Source: Bifidobacterium angulatum (GTDB taxonomy: Bacteria; Actinomycetota; Actinomycetes; Actinomycetales; Bifidobacteriaceae). From it: 64,000 nt of DNA. The notes below the pieces were generated by a model, which had not been told where the DNA came from, searched no databases, and saw only the letters and a program-made list of their open reading frames with translations. Location of the stretch: NCBI GenBank assembly GCA_905207115.1, contig CAJLKD010000006.1, forward strand, positions 29 through 64,028, in the 5' to 3' direction. A program made the position numbers and the translations under genes. Positions within the stretch are counted from its first letter, which is position 1. Every line of letters starts with the position of its first letter. Of this stretch, positions 63,003-64,000 are shown piece after piece.

Positions 63003-63644
63003 TCAGAACTCAGGCTCGTCGTCGCCACCACCGAAATCGGAGGAGCCGCCGAACGTGGAGAAGCTGTTGCTTCCGTCGCCGCCGTTGCTCCACGGGTCGG
63101 CAGCGGGCGCCTGATTGGACACCGGGTTGGACGGTGCGCTCGGAGCGCCACCGAAGCCGGAGTTGCCGCCAAAGCCGGAATTACCACCGCTGTAGCCGCC
63201 TGCATTGCCGCCGAAGCCGCTGGCGCCGCCGGAGTACCCGGCGTTACCGTTATTGCGGCCGGCGAAGCCGCCCTGACCGGACGACTGGCGCTGTACCTGT
63301 GCGGTGGCGTAGCGCAGCGACGGGCCGATTTCATCGACCTGCATCTCGAACACAGTACGGTTGGACCCGTCCTGTGCCTGATAGGAACGCTGCTGCAAAC
63401 GGCCTTGTGCGATGACGCGCATGCCCTTCGAGAGGCTCTGCGCGCAGTGGTTGGCAAGGTCACGCCATGCACTGCAGCGCATGAACAGCGCCTGACCGTC
63501 CTCAAACTGGCCGGTCTGACGGTTATAGGTGCGCGGAGTCGAAGCAATGGTGAAGCTGCACACGGAAGCGCCGCTTCCAATGGTGCGCAGCTCGGGATCC
63601 GCGGTGAGATTACCCACCACGGTGATGACGGTTTCACCTGCCAT
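63003..63644 (-). CDS. ssb: single-stranded DNA-binding protein
   Basis: [12 protein letters not shown], Gly-rich linker, DDEPEF tail. Confidence 0.97.
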   Translation of the reverse strand: MAGETVITVVGNLTADPELRTIGSGASVCSFTIASTPRTYNRQTGQFEDGQALFMRCSAWRDLANHCAQSLSKGMRVIAQGRLQQRSYQAQDGSNRTVFEMQVDEIGPSLRYATAQVQRQSSGQGGFAGRNNGNAGYSGGASGFGGNAGGYSGGNSGFGGNSGFGGAPSAPSNPVSNQAPAADPWSNGGDGSNSFSTFGGSSDFGGGDDEPEF

Positions 63645-63696
63645 GACGTGTCCTTCTTACTTATCTTCCATCCAGCGTGAACGCTGACGATAAAAC

Positions 63697-63993
63697 TTAC
63701 TTGGCGTCCTTGCGAAGAATCTTCGTGCGGATCACGGATTCGTTAAGGTTGAGCACACGATCCAATTCGTCGCTCGTAGCAGGCTCGGCGGAGTAGGTCA
63801 CCACAACGTAGTTACCCTCGGTCTTGCCGGCGATTTCGTAAGCAAGCTTGCGACGGCCCCAGTAATCGGGTTCGTCAACAGAACCGCCTTCCTTGGTGAC
63901 GAGTTCCAGATACTGCTCGGTCAGCTTCTTCAGACCGCGCTCATCCAGCTCAGGATCGGCGATGAACATCAGTTCGTACTTGTGCGCAGACAT
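63697..63993 (-). CDS. rpsF: 30S ribosomal protein S6
   Basis: KYELMFI, WGRRKLAYEI. Confidence 0.96.
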   Translation of the reverse strand: MSAHKYELMFIADPELDERGLKKLTEQYLELVTKEGGSVDEPDYWGRRKLAYEIAGKTEGNYVVVTYSAEPATSDELDRVLNLNESVIRTKILRKDAK

Positions 63994-64000
63994 CACCCAC

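Overview
High-GC actinobacterial chromosome segment, most consistent with Bifidobacterium from gene content and order. The housekeeping backbone is atpBEFHAG(D partial), metA, initiator tRNA-Met, a sortase-type surface protein, glgE, ppa, mntP, a GlnR-like regulator, nth, an ABC solute-binding protein, valS, chorismate mutase, rho, gatCAB, a TrmH-family methylase, rmuC, a Cu-ATPase, a glpF-like channel, tRNA-Lys, two zinc-ribbon membrane proteins and rpsF-ssb-rpsR-rplI. An apparently complete, very small siphovirus-type prophage (16.8 kb, 7375-24246) sits in the tRNA-Met gene. Its repressor ORF runs through the att core, so integration changes the repressor C-terminus. Its attR forms a perfect 26-bp hairpin, it has no recognisable replication gene, and it carries a ~330-nt highly structured non-coding segment. 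Outside the phage, three arrays of a CCA-N5-TGG motif recur at strict 52-53 bp spacing. Two of them flank a stand-alone AbiEi-like/DUF559-like nuclease gene, which is the best candidate for an undescribed repeat-plus-nuclease system. All family assignments are by eye from motifs; no searches were run.
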